Shown in pieces: positions 1 to 8,583 of a DNA stretch of 64,000 nt. Under the pieces are notes generated by a model. That model worked only from the letters and a program-made list of their open reading frames with translations. It had not been told where the DNA came from and ran no database searches. A program made the translations under genes and the position numbers. Source of the DNA: Gemmatimonadota bacterium. Its GTDB lineage: Bacteria > Gemmatimonadota > Gemmatimonadetes > Gemmatimonadales > Gemmatimonadaceae. The DNA is taken from NCBI GenBank assembly GCA_003152485.1, contig PMAE01000041.1, positions 20,235 through 84,234 of the forward strand, read 5' to 3'. Position 1 is the first letter of the stretch; each line of letters opens with the position of its first letter.

Positions 1-561
1 ACGATGGCGGCTCTACTGCGGGCGGCCCCAGCGGCCGTGCAAGACTGACCCTCGCGTCGCTCCGGTGCGCGCCGTCCGGGCATTTTTGCGAGCTCGTCAG
101 CAGATGCCGACTTCAACCGAAACGGCTTGTTCTGCTTCCAGTCTGCGCTCTTGTAGTAGTAGTACGCGCGGAGGAAAGCGCGGAGGTTCACCCGAAAATT
201 GTGAATACTGCAGGGATATTACGTGCCCGAGTCAGGCGGGTTAGAACTCGAGATAGCCGACGAGAAGGCCGCTGTTGATGCGAAGCTGGGGGGGGTCTCG
301 TGCGGTCGCGCGCGTCGAGCGTCGTTCCGGACGAAGTGTGGGGTCGTAGCTTTAGCGCAACGGGTGCCCCGGCTATTCCGCTGATCCGAAGTGAGTCGTT
401 ATCTCTTACCGCGACCAGAGATTGTTAGGGGCGATGGCCAACTCGAGTGAGTAGGTCGTAATGGCTCTCTGTACACTCTATAAACTTCCGCAGCCCGCGT
501 TCTGCGACGACCGGCGGCTACTGCCGGGGGGACGGGGTCTGAAGCATCGGTAGCCTCGCCG

Positions 562-1239
562 ATGCCAACTCACGAGTGCCTACTCCACACGACTGGAACG
601 GAGAATAAAGTGGAAAACCCAAGAGTGGTTGCAATAGGAGCTTCGGCGGGAGGTCTAGACGCCTTTCGGAAGCTCATCGAAAACTTGCCAGTCGATACGG
701 ATATGGCGTTTGTTTTGCTCACACATATTTTACGCGGGTCCAACAGTTTACTTCCTGAAATTCTCGCCCGCGCGACCAGGATGCAAGTCATTCAAGTGAC
801 GGAAGGCATACATCTTCGCCCCAATCATATCTATGTTCTTCCACCGGATAAATTTATGGAAATTCGGCGGGGATCGCTTCATTTGGTGCCGCGTCCCAAC
901 AAGCCGGTGAATAGTGTCATAAATCATTTCCTTTTTTCATTGGCGAAAGACCATGTTCATGGGTCCATAGGAATTATTCTCTCCGGGGAAGGGTCCGATG
1001 GTGCTGAGGGAATTAAGGTTCTGAAAGAGAAAGGCGGTGGCGTAACGATGGCCCAGCTACCCGAATCTGCAGGATCCCAATCCATGCCCATTAACGCAAT
1101 TCAGATTGACCATGTAGACTACGTCCTTTCGCCTCAGGATATAGCCCATAGACTTGCCTCGATGAGCCGGTATGACTCAAACATTGTGAAAAAACCGTTG
1201 AAGGTCCTTTGGATGAGAAGTCCAACACTTCGCTCTTAA
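562..1239 (+). CDS. stand-alone CheB-type protein-glutamate methylesterase domain protein
   Basis: 225-aa ORF with VVAIGASAGGLDAF (nucleophile Ser), LLTHI (His) and SGEGSDGAEG (Asp) motifs of the CheB_methylest domain that usually opens CheB/CheR-PAS-kinase fusions. No REC, CheR or kinase part follows. Hand counts on several 60-nt lines give roughly 37-53% GC versus about 65-70% elsewhere. Confidence 0.75.
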   Translation: MPTHECLLHTTGTENKVENPRVVAIGASAGGLDAFRKLIENLPVDTDMAFVLLTHILRGSNSLLPEILARATRMQVIQVTEGIHLRPNHIYVLPPDKFMEIRRGSLHLVPRPNKPVNSVINHFLFSLAKDHVHGSIGIILSGEGSDGAEGIKVLKEKGGGVTMAQLPESAGSQSMPINAIQIDHVDYVLSPQDIAHRLASMSRYDSNIVKKPLKVLWMRSPTLRS

Positions 1240-1893
1240 AAGTGTGGTCGTTCACCCTACGGTCTGCGCACAGGCCGCCGTCACGCGGTGGGGCTCTGGG
1301 AACCCCGTTTCTTTACCCGTTTCTTGCAGCAAGGTCCAGGATTTTTCGAGAGAACTGCGGCACCGATGCCCGGTTCTCCCTTCCATGAGAGCCATCAAGT
1401 TGTTGGAGTTCGTGTCCCCTGGCCCGGGAATGGGGTGCAGGACCCGACCGCGTGGCCGTCCTGTGGAAACGTTTGCCGGACGCGGATGCCCGGATTAGCC
1501 AGTGGTTCCGCCCTGGAAACCACAACTTTCTCCGCCTGACCCGGATCATGCGCTCCCTCAACGTGCTCGGCCTCCCCGAGTACGCGCGGTCCCTCCTCGG
1601 CCAGCTTGAGCAGCTCTACAGTGAGCACCCGGAGGTTGTGGGCGAGCGGACGATCGGATACGGGAGAAGGGCGGTGGGCTAGAGGCGTCGGCCTGCGACA
1701 CTGTTGAGTCACGTGCCGGGCAAATGTCGATCACGGCTGCGGTTAGAGTCTTCAGCCGCCCGCCGCGAGCTGCCCGCCGCCAGCCCAGTTGCGGTTCGCC
1801 CGTCGATTCCTGCCCCCCTCGTTCGACGCCACTATACGGGGACACCTCCGATCCCCGGTTCGTGGTCCCGATCTCTAGCTGAGGATGCCGACA

Positions 1894-2352
1894 ATGAAGT
1901 TCATGCTGATAATCAAGTCGACGAAGGACAGTGAGGCCGGCGTGCCGCCGACCACCGAGCAGATGACGACGATGATGACATACCACGAGGAGATGGTCAA
2001 AGCGGGCGTGCTCCTGGCCGCCGAAGGCGTGCATGCGAGCTCGAAGGGCGCTCGGGTGAGGTTCTCCGGGACGAAGCGCACGGTCATCGATGGGCCGTTC
2101 ACCGAAACGAAGGAGCTCATTGCGGGATTCTGGCTCATTCAAGCGCGATCCAAGGAGGAAGCGATCGAGTGGGTCAAGCGCTTCCCCAACGTCTGGCGGG
2201 AAGACACCGAGATCGAGATCCGTCAGGTCGCCGAGGCCGAGGATTTCGGGCCGTCGTTCACTCCCGAGGTGGGCGCGCAGCTTGATCGGATACACGAAGA
2301 AGGAACCGCCCAGGAGGCCAAGCGCCGCGCACAGAGCGCCGGCGCTCGGTAG
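1894..2352 (+). CDS. YCII-related / DGPF domain protein
   Basis: MKFMLIIKSTKDSEAG...VIDGPFTETKELIAGFWLIQ (DGPF motif). GAGGA lies 8 nt upstream of ATG 1894; the track start 1885 is also possible. The stop is 1 nt before the sigma-factor GTG. Confidence 0.85.
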   Translation: MKFMLIIKSTKDSEAGVPPTTEQMTTMMTYHEEMVKAGVLLAAEGVHASSKGARVRFSGTKRTVIDGPFTETKELIAGFWLIQARSKEEAIEWVKRFPNVWREDTEIEIRQVAEAEDFGPSFTPEVGAQLDRIHEEGTAQEAKRRAQSAGAR

Positions 2353-2353
2353 C

Positions 2354-3616
2354 GTGACGGCACCCGACGTCCGGCGCACGATCGAGGCGGTCTGGCGGAT
2401 CGAGTCACCTCGACTCATCGCCGGGCTTGCCCGAATGGTGCGCGACGTCGGGGTCGCCGAGGATTTGGCACAGGATGCCCTCGTCGCCGCGCTCGAGCGA
2501 TGGCCGGAAGTCGGCATTCCCGACAGTCCCGGGGCGTGGCTCATGGCGACAGCGAAACACCGCGCCATCGATACCCTGCGCCGCACGGCGCGGCTCGATC
2601 GCACGCATGAGGTACTCGATGCCGACGCTGAGGAGAGGATCGAAGCCCCTTCCGTGGACATCGATGCGGCGCTGGACGACCACATCGGGGATGATCTCCT
2701 GCGCCTCATCTTTACCGCGTGCCACCCCGTGCTCTCCTCCGACGCGCGGGTAGCACTCACGCTTCGCCTCCTCGGCGGTCTCACGACCGACGAGATCGCG
2801 CGGGCATTTCTCACCTCGGAGGCGACCATCGCCCAGCGGATCGTGCGCGCCAAACGCGCGCTTCGCGAAGCACGCGTGTCATTCGAGGTACCGCGGGGCG
2901 ACGAGATGGCGATGCGGCTCTCATCCGTGCTGGAGGTGATCTACCTCATCTTCAACGAGGGCTACTCGGCCACCATGGGCGATGACTGGATGCGTCCAGC
3001 GCTGTGCGAGGATGCGCTGCGGGTAGGGCGCGTGCTGGCGGAGCTTCTGCCGAGCGAGCCCGAGGTGCACGGACTGGTCGCGTTGATGGAGATCCAGGCG
3101 TCTCGCGCGGCGGCCCGAGTCGGGCCGATAGGGGAGCCGATTCTCTTGCTCGATCAGGATCGCGGTCGATGGGATCAGATGCTCATCCGCCGCGGGTTGA
3201 CGGCGCTGGCGCGCGCATCAGCTCTCGACCGTCCGCGTGGACCGTACGTGCTGCAGGCGGAGATCGCCGCCTGCCACGCCAGGGCAGGAACACCCGGCGA
3301 AACGGACTGGCCCCGGATCGTCGCACTCTACGACGTGCTGGCAGAGGTGACGCCCAATCCGGTTGTGGAGCTCAATCGTGCGGTCGCGGTGGGGATGGCG
3401 TTTGGACCGGCCACGGGACTCGAGCTGGTCGAGGCCCTCAGCACCGAGCCCTCACTCGCCAACTATCATCGGCTGCCCAGCGTCCGCGGCGACCTACTCG
3501 CGAAGTTGGGGCGCCACGAAGAGGCCCAGCAGGAGTTCCTGCGCGCAGCGTCACTGACGCGGAACGCGCGCGAACGCACCCTTCTGCTCGACCGCGCGCG
3601 GACGGTGCGAGACTGA
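2354..3616 (+). CDS. ECF sigma factor with long C-terminal TPR-like extension (ECF42-type)
   Basis: In-frame GTG 2354 inside track ORF 2090..3616. Sigma region 2 (DLAQDALVAALERW) and region 4 HTH (LTTDEIARAFLTSEATIAQRIVRAKRAL) are present. A helical extension of more than 200 aa follows (FNEGY..., YVLQAEIAACHA, NRAVAV, YHRLPSVRGDLLAKLGR). Confidence 0.85.
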   Translation: MTAPDVRRTIEAVWRIESPRLIAGLARMVRDVGVAEDLAQDALVAALERWPEVGIPDSPGAWLMATAKHRAIDTLRRTARLDRTHEVLDADAEERIEAPSVDIDAALDDHIGDDLLRLIFTACHPVLSSDARVALTLRLLGGLTTDEIARAFLTSEATIAQRIVRAKRALREARVSFEVPRGDEMAMRLSSVLEVIYLIFNEGYSATMGDDWMRPALCEDALRVGRVLAELLPSEPEVHGLVALMEIQASRAAARVGPIGEPILLLDQDRGRWDQMLIRRGLTALARASALDRPRGPYVLQAEIAACHARAGTPGETDWPRIVALYDVLAEVTPNPVVELNRAVAVGMAFGPATGLELVEALSTEPSLANYHRLPSVRGDLLAKLGRHEEAQQEFLRAASLTRNARERTLLLDRARTVRD

Positions 3617-3617
3617 G

Positions 3618-4052
3618 TTGGAGCTGAGCGGTGGGCGATGGAATCGAACGGGGACGCCGGTCGTCTACGCCGCGACTTCTCGAGCGCTCGCATGCTTAGA
3701 GACGCTGGTGCATCTCGGAGCTACGGATTTGCCGCTCAACCGGTATCTTGTCGAGATAGACCTGCCGATCGCTGCGTGGATCGCGCGGACCGTCTTCGAT
3801 AGCACGGTCCATGTGGGTTGGGATGCCGAACCCGCGGGCATGATCTCGCTGGATTGGGGTACCGACTGGGCGACAGGTCGCGGCACATTGCTCGCGGAGG
3901 TTCCGTCGGTGATCGTACCGGAAGAGTCCAACATCCTGATCAACCCGCGACACCCCGACGCCCCGTTAGCAACCGCCGTCAAGATGCGCAAATGGACGTA
4001 CGACGCATGCCTAAGGGTCGATGCGTTAGGCCGAATCGACCCGGTAAGGTAG
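3618..4052 (+). pseudogene. N-terminally truncated RES-domain toxin, no cognate antitoxin gene
   Basis: GGRWNRTGTPVVYAATSRALACLE and VPSVIVPEESNILINP are RES-domain signatures with R, E and S all present. Only 5 codons precede GGRWN, the only start is TTG, and an in-frame stop lies at 3555. The ORF begins 2 nt after the sigma-factor stop. Confidence 0.6.
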
Positions 4053-4231
4053 TAGACAGATCAACGGCAGCACTTGCTGCCGAGTGCGCCGCTCGCGCGG
4101 GCTCATTTGAGGCATTCCACGACTTATTGTTTGCTCAGCCCGACTCAATCGGCGGGAAGGCGTGGACTCTGTTAGCGCTCGAGGCGGGGGTAGCCAGTAG
4201 AATCGGGACGGGTGGGGGGCAGTTGAGCTGA
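4049..4231 (+). pseudogene. DsbA/thioredoxin-like C-terminal fragment
   Basis: ALAAECAARAGSFEAFHDLLFAQPDSIGGKAWTLLALEAGV resembles the helical-insert/C-terminal part of DsbA-family oxidoreductases. There is no N-terminal CxxC part and no start codon. Confidence 0.4.
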
Positions 4232-4258
4232 GCCTCAGCTCAGCTAGTCGACGTACAG

Positions 4259-4540
4259 CTACTTCACTTCGCTAGGCATATCTTGAGCTGCCACAATCTG
4301 CCAAGTGCCGCGCCGTTTAAGCCAAGTGTCCGTCCAAGTGAGTTTGATCGTGTGCTTTCGCCCGTCAGCCTCAGTGCGTACCGCGCTTTCACTGCCGTAC
4401 AAAAATGGCCATGGCGTCACCAAAAAATGGACCGTCACCTCGTACATCGTGCACGCTTCTTCGGGAACCCCGCTTTGGGCATGCGCGACCGCCTCCTTTT
4501 TCGAGTAGCGCGGGGCGGCGGATAGGCTGACGATCTTCAC
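4259..4540 (-). pseudogene. DUF4440/SnoaL-like C-terminal fragment
   Basis: The ORF ends ...TIKLTWTDTWLKRRGTWQIVAAQDMPSEVK, a typical last beta-strand region of NTF2-like DUF4440 proteins. It is too short for a full domain and sits in an AT-richer segment. Confidence 0.35.
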
Positions 4541-4566
4541 ATCTTCCACACCGGGAGTGCCACGCG

Positions 4567-5058
4567 ATGCGCACAGCTCACCACACACTCGCCACCCTGG
4601 CGATCCTCGCCGCAGTCGGTGGCTGCGGTGCACCGACCTCCCACGCGACGGTCGATGGTGCGGCTGCCGACACGACGGCACGCCACGCGCACGAGGCCTA
4701 CACGACGGCAATCAATTCGAACAACCTGGATTCGTTACTCGCAATGGTCACTGAGGATGTCGTCTTTCTGTCGCCCAACGAGCCCGTGATAGTGGGCAAG
4801 GCCGCGGTCCGTGCATGGTCCGAATCGTACCTTAAGGCCTTCACCATACACTGGGACAAGACCGTGTCGGAATTCATAGTCGCCGGTGAATGGGCGTTCG
4901 AGCGCTATTCATACGCAGAGCACGACACCCCCGCCGGCGGTGGCGCCGCGGTCACGGACACGGGAAAGGGCCTCATCATCTATCACCGGGACTCCGACGG
5001 GAAGTGGCGCGTCGCCCGCGATGCTTGGAGCTCGGATCTGCCGCTCCCAAAAAAGTAG
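4567..5058 (+). CDS. SnoaL-like/DUF4440 (NTF2-fold) lipoprotein
   Basis: Signal peptide with lipobox (LAAVGGCG). NTF2-like core (AYTTAINSNNLDSLLAMVTEDVVFLSPNEP...KGLIIYHRDSDGKWRVARDAW). Confidence 0.8.
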   Translation: MRTAHHTLATLAILAAVGGCGAPTSHATVDGAAADTTARHAHEAYTTAINSNNLDSLLAMVTEDVVFLSPNEPVIVGKAAVRAWSESYLKAFTIHWDKTVSEFIVAGEWAFERYSYAEHDTPAGGGAAVTDTGKGLIIYHRDSDGKWRVARDAWSSDLPLPKK

Positions 5059-5242
5059 CGGCCGCGTCGGGCCAGAGCGGTGCTGGAGTACGCGCGACTG
5101 CTGGCACTGCGCGGCTGGCCGAATCATATTAGGTCGCCGCCAGCCCCTTCGCGCCCAGCCGCCATCTTTCTCCTGCTGTGTACCCCGATTGGACGAGGCA
5201 CTTTGGAAGGCGTCGGTTGGCTTTTCAAAGGAGAGTGATGCC

Positions 5243-5335
5243 ATGGAAACGCATCGCCGGGGATCGGACGGGCGACGGCGGTTTACGCCGGAGTTTAAGC
5301 GAGGCCAGTTAGGGCGCGTACTCCGGGGCGAGCGC
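5243..5335 (+). mobile_element. IS3-family transposase OrfA N-terminal stub
   Basis: AAGGAG-N8-ATG followed by METHRRGSDGRRRFTPEFKRGQLGRVL. RRRFTPEFKR is the characteristic opening of the IS3-family OrfA HTH. The reading frame then runs into tRNA-like sequence. No DDE part and no inverted repeats were seen. Confidence 0.45.
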
Positions 5336-5339
5336 CGCA

Positions 5340-5381
5340 CTGAAAATCCGCGTGTCGACGGTTCGATTCCGCCCCTAGCCA
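5340..5381 (+). other. tRNA-Phe(GAA) 3'-half-like fragment (not an intact tRNA)
   Basis: CTGAAAATCCGCGTGTCGACGGTTCGATTCCGCCCCTAGCCA contains an anticodon loop with GAA, a 3' anticodon stem, a GTGTC variable loop, a T arm with the GGTTCGATTCC box (one stem mismatch) and a 3' acceptor strand. The 5' half does not fold: there is no D arm and the acceptor pairs only 5/7. Confidence 0.5.
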
Positions 5382-5452
5382 CTGTTGGAACAAATTAAAG
5401 TATCAAGGCTTACCAATGCGAACGGGTACCCATGCAGGTACCCGTTCTGTAC

Positions 5453-5484
5453 AAAAAAGCCTGCAAAATTCCCTAATTGCAGGC
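5453..5484 (-). terminator. intrinsic terminator of the Big_2 lipoprotein gene
   Basis: On the minus strand GCCTGCAA-(10 nt)-TTGCAGGC is followed directly by TTTTTT. A second perfect 11-bp hairpin lies at 5420..5447. Confidence 0.6.
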
Positions 5485-5639
5485 GACGTGTTGCTTCAGT
5501 AGGTAACCCGAGTCGAACCGGCTCTAGCCAAGCGAGTCGCCGGTGATCAACCCGTTGGTCGGCAGTCATTACTCGCGTCCGACTCCGATGCGGCCGCCGA
5601 CAGCCGACTATTGCGCGGACGCCCGCGAATTTCTTCGAC

Positions 5640-6800
5640 TCAGTAACTGTCCGGAAAGTCACCCCAGTTCTGTTTGATGGCCTGCGCTCCGGCTTTGATT
5701 CCGCCACTGACCGTAAAGGACGGCGCCCACCACAACACGAGAGTGTTGTGGTCGTGCAGTTGACCCCCGATGGAGATCGAACCGTGAGAGTGGAGCTTCA
5801 CCTGAACGCCGCCCTGTATGTTGCCGGCGACGGTGAGCGAGCTGCAATTCCACACGGTCAGCGTCGATGCCGTGCCCATGTTATTGCCGGTGACGTCGTT
5901 GCCCAAACTGAAACCTGCTCCCGCGGTAACTTGGACCTGGCTGCCCCCGTCGATCTGGTCGTCAATCGAGATACTCGTCGCCGCAGTGAGATCGGCCGTA
6001 CTCGCATGGTCGATCTTGCCGCGTATCTCGATGGAGCCCGACGTGCTCCGGAGGGTAGCCGTGCATTGACCGTCGATGTCGCCATTCACGACCAAGTTCC
6101 CGGGAACGGTCTGGCTGAGTGTGCCACCGTTACACCCCGCGATGTCAACTTCCGGCGGTGTCGCCACGAGGATGGTGGCCGACGCCACGCGGCCGGCAAT
6201 GGCGGCGGTCACGGTCGCCGTCCCGGGGCTGACGCCCGTCACCGTGCCCGATGAATTGACCGTCGCAACCGATTGCTCGCTGCTGCCCCAGGTCGCGGAC
6301 AATCCACTAACTACGTTGCCGGAGGCATCGTACGCGGTAGCCCGGAGCTGACCCATAGCGTCTGGCGCCACCGTCAGAGTCTCGGGCACAACGACGACCT
6401 CGGCGACGGTCACCGCCGAGACGGTGACGATGGCGATGCCCGTCACACCGTCTGCGCTCGCCCCGATCCTTGCACGTCCCGGCGTTACAGCGGTCACAAC
6501 GCCGCTAGAGGACACGGTCGCGATGCTCGGGTCCTCACTCGACCAGTACACTTGGTCCATCGCGAGCACGCGTCCCGCGACATCCACGGCAGTCGCGCTC
6601 AGGGTCGTCTGCCGAGGGACGAGCAGCGCTATCGCCGAGGGTTGGACGTGGATCGCGGAAACAGTCTGGATGTCGGTTGCGGCCGAACATCCACCGCCAA
6701 TGATGATCAGGGACGCAAACGCGGCGATCGCGATCGGCCACCGGTGGTCACTGCCCTGATTAACCGCCGTTCGGCTAGCCATGGGGACAGACCTCCTCAC
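5640..6800 (-). CDS. lipoprotein with two bacterial Ig-like (Big_2) domains and a repetitive beta-helix-like C-terminal part
   Basis: Lipobox IIIGGGCS. Two Big_2-type repeats (LSATAVDVAGRVL...ATVSSSGVVTAVTPGRARI and LRATAYDASGNVV...ATVNSSGTVTGVSPGTATV). The C-terminus has a periodic G-x-I/V pattern. Confidence 0.8.
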   Translation of the reverse strand: MRRSVPMASRTAVNQGSDHRWPIAIAAFASLIIIGGGCSAATDIQTVSAIHVQPSAIALLVPRQTTLSATAVDVAGRVLAMDQVYWSSEDPSIATVSSSGVVTAVTPGRARIGASADGVTGIAIVTVSAVTVAEVVVVPETLTVAPDAMGQLRATAYDASGNVVSGLSATWGSSEQSVATVNSSGTVTGVSPGTATVTAAIAGRVASATILVATPPEVDIAGCNGGTLSQTVPGNLVVNGDIDGQCTATLRSTSGSIEIRGKIDHASTADLTAATSISIDDQIDGGSQVQVTAGAGFSLGNDVTGNNMGTASTLTVWNCSSLTVAGNIQGGVQVKLHSHGSISIGGQLHDHNTLVLWWAPSFTVSGGIKAGAQAIKQNWGDFPDSY

Positions 6801-7372
6801 TGAAAATATCCGTGGGCCGAGAGCTGTTCCAGTGGCCGACGCCGCCGTCGCGCCGCCATCGCCGCGCTAGAGTCGCGTCATTCGTTTGTCGAGGGAGGTC
6901 AGCGGCGGGGAAGCCGCGCCCGTGCGGAGCCGGCGGCAATCGGCGAGCGCCGCAAGTTGACGCGACGCAGCGTCGAACAATTGCCGCGAGCCCCAAATTC
7001 GTGAGGCGTATTGACCTAAGTCATGGCGGGCACGTGTGACAACTTGACCGAGGTCATCGCACTCCCCGGTAACGTTCTCCCGGTAGAGGTGGGGCGAACG
7101 ACAGCCTGGCACCTGCCGGAAACTGCCGCGAGGGGCCACGCAAATACGACGAGCCTAGCGATGCCCGATTGGTTCATTGGCTCGGCACGGACAATCGGCC
7201 GCGATAGTCGCCGGTTGATCACGGAGCGCTGTGGCCAGTGCACTACCCAGGTACCCGGGTAAACACTGGGCGCACTCGGTCGCGGGACCATCCGGCAGCA
7301 CGTCACCCAGCCGGAACTCCGCCACTCACGAGGCGGCTTGGAACCAGTGCGAAATACGATCGCGTACGAATG

Positions 7373-7402
7373 GAAACGGGCATCGTTGCGGATGCCCGTT
7401 TC
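7373..7402 (-). terminator. 12-bp perfect hairpin downstream of the 89-aa gene
   Basis: GAAACGGGCATC-(6 nt)-GATGCCCGTTTC lies 57 nt past the stop of 7459..7728. There is no clear T tract. Confidence 0.4.
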
Positions 7403-7458
7403 GTGAAAACACGCCGAGAACGTCGGCGCACGTTGGATCCGGGTCAGCGTCCGAGTGC

Positions 7459-7728
7459 TCAGCGACCGCCTTCGACCTCGACGTAAAGCTCACCGGGCTC
7501 GCGCACCGTGTGCTTCGCCTTCGCCTTGTCCGTGTCGGGATGCGCCAACGCGGCTTCGAACTTTTTCATATCTACGTTTTCCCACACGATGGCGATCTTG
7601 TTCTCTTTATTGTGGCGGTAGATTCGGTAGGAACTCGAGAACGTCTTGAACAGTTCTTTTCGCTCCTCTCCACCAGCGAGCCAAGTCTCCATGTTTCCGA
7701 CGGGGTGCGTGATCATGACACGGGGCAT
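7459..7728 (-). CDS. small hypothetical protein (Dabb/ABM-like by pattern)
   Basis: 89-aa ORF in an AT-richer patch. Sensible composition (MPRVMITHPVGNMETWLAGGEERKELF...). The competing plus-strand ORF 7231..7815 looks like an antisense artefact. Confidence 0.6.
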   Translation of the reverse strand: MPRVMITHPVGNMETWLAGGEERKELFKTFSSSYRIYRHNKENKIAIVWENVDMKKFEAALAHPDTDKAKAKHTVREPGELYVEVEGGR

Positions 7729-7811
7729 TTTGGATCCTCCAGTGACAAACGTGAGTATTCGTGGCTTCGGGCGGCGACACTACCATTCGTATGCGCCGCA
7801 CGCCGCGGCTG

Positions 7812-8264
7812 CTAGTTCGTGATGCCGAGCTGTTGCAGCAAGGTACCGATGTCGTTGTACTGCCGCGACATTTTCGCCTTTCCCTGCTCCGTGTCGATCT
7901 CAACCACGGTGCACGCGCGCCACTCGATGCGCTTGCCGGTCGCCGCGATCGAGCCCTTGGGCGTCACCAACGGTCCCGTGTGGGTGCCTTGCCATGTCAG
8001 CTCCATCACGACCGTATTTCCGCTGACCAGGGCGTTGTGGATCTTCGCCTTGGAGTCGGGGAACGCGGTGGCCCACCCGCGCCACACGGCCATGACGGCG
8101 TCGAGTCCCTTAACCCGACGATCGGTGGCGACTTCGTCGTAGACGTAGTCGGGCGTGATACTCGCTTCCACCGCTTTCCAATCCTTGTGCCCGTAGGCCA
8201 GAAGGGGGGCCCTGGCGGCATCGATGAGCTGCTCTGGCGAGAGCATCGTCGAGTGCGCAGTCAT
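7812..8264 (-). CDS. SnoaL-like ester cyclase family protein
   Basis: ATG 8264 is preceded by GAGGAG. ...ITPDYVYDEVATDRRVKGLDAVMAVWRGWATAFPD...ELTWQGTHTGPL... matches the NTF2/SnoaL polyketide-cyclase pattern. Confidence 0.8.
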   Translation of the reverse strand: MTAHSTMLSPEQLIDAARAPLLAYGHKDWKAVEASITPDYVYDEVATDRRVKGLDAVMAVWRGWATAFPDSKAKIHNALVSGNTVVMELTWQGTHTGPLVTPKGSIAATGKRIEWRACTVVEIDTEQGKAKMSRQYNDIGTLLQQLGITN

Positions 8265-8583
8265 GATCGTTCTCCTCATTTGGTGTGGGCAGGACAGGTG
8301 ACCCGCGCCGCCGACGCCCAGCACGGGGCCACGTTGTCCGCCGTTCGACCGCTGAGAACCGCGCTCGGGCGTTCGTGCCGCCTGCCTAACGTCGCCGTTT
8401 ACGGGACTGACCCAGCCCTCGGCGCCGTCTTCGAACGACGCAGCTGCGCGGCTCGACGGCAGGGGCAGTCGTCTAGGTAATCGCAGAATTCCCTACCGAG
8501 CCGACACCGCTCACCCGCGGATCGTGCCAGGCATCCTATAGGCCGGCTGTTGGGCGATCGAAGCGCATCGATCATGTCCGCCG

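Noticed and set aside
241-357. Minus-strand mini-ORF ending ...LRINSGLLVGYLEF*, reminiscent of an outer-membrane beta-barrel C-terminus (terminal Phe)
   Set aside because: The frame is only 36 codons between stops, with no start codon. The resemblance rests on a few residues.
1244-1712. Overlapping plus-strand ORFs after the CheB domain. The last one ends ...FLRLTRIMRSLNVLGLPEYARSLLGQLEQLYSEHPEVVGERTIGYGRRAVG and looks protein-like. I also tested whether a CheR domain is hidden here (FFER, VRVPWPG).
   Set aside because: I could not assign a family. The putative CheR resemblance is too weak, and three different frames would be needed. It may be a frameshifted remnant, but this is not supportable without a search.
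1558-2853. 431-aa minus-strand ORF overlapping the DGPF and sigma-factor genes
   Set aside because: It is Arg/Ser/Ala-rich with no motifs. It lies antisense to two genes with clear domain signatures, and long antisense ORFs are expected in high-GC DNA.
5485-5540. tRNA-like pieces on the minus strand (GGTTCGACTC T-loop-like, CTGAAGC anticodon-loop-like)
   Set aside because: The elements are in the wrong order for a cloverleaf and the stems do not pair. It is retained only as the imperfect direct repeat of the tRNA-Phe 3' end.
7311-7335. CCGCCACTC, similar to the B12-box core of cobalamin riboswitches, in the 660-bp gene-poor spacer 6801..7458
   Set aside because: The rest of the riboswitch consensus is absent, and no downstream gene lies on that strand.
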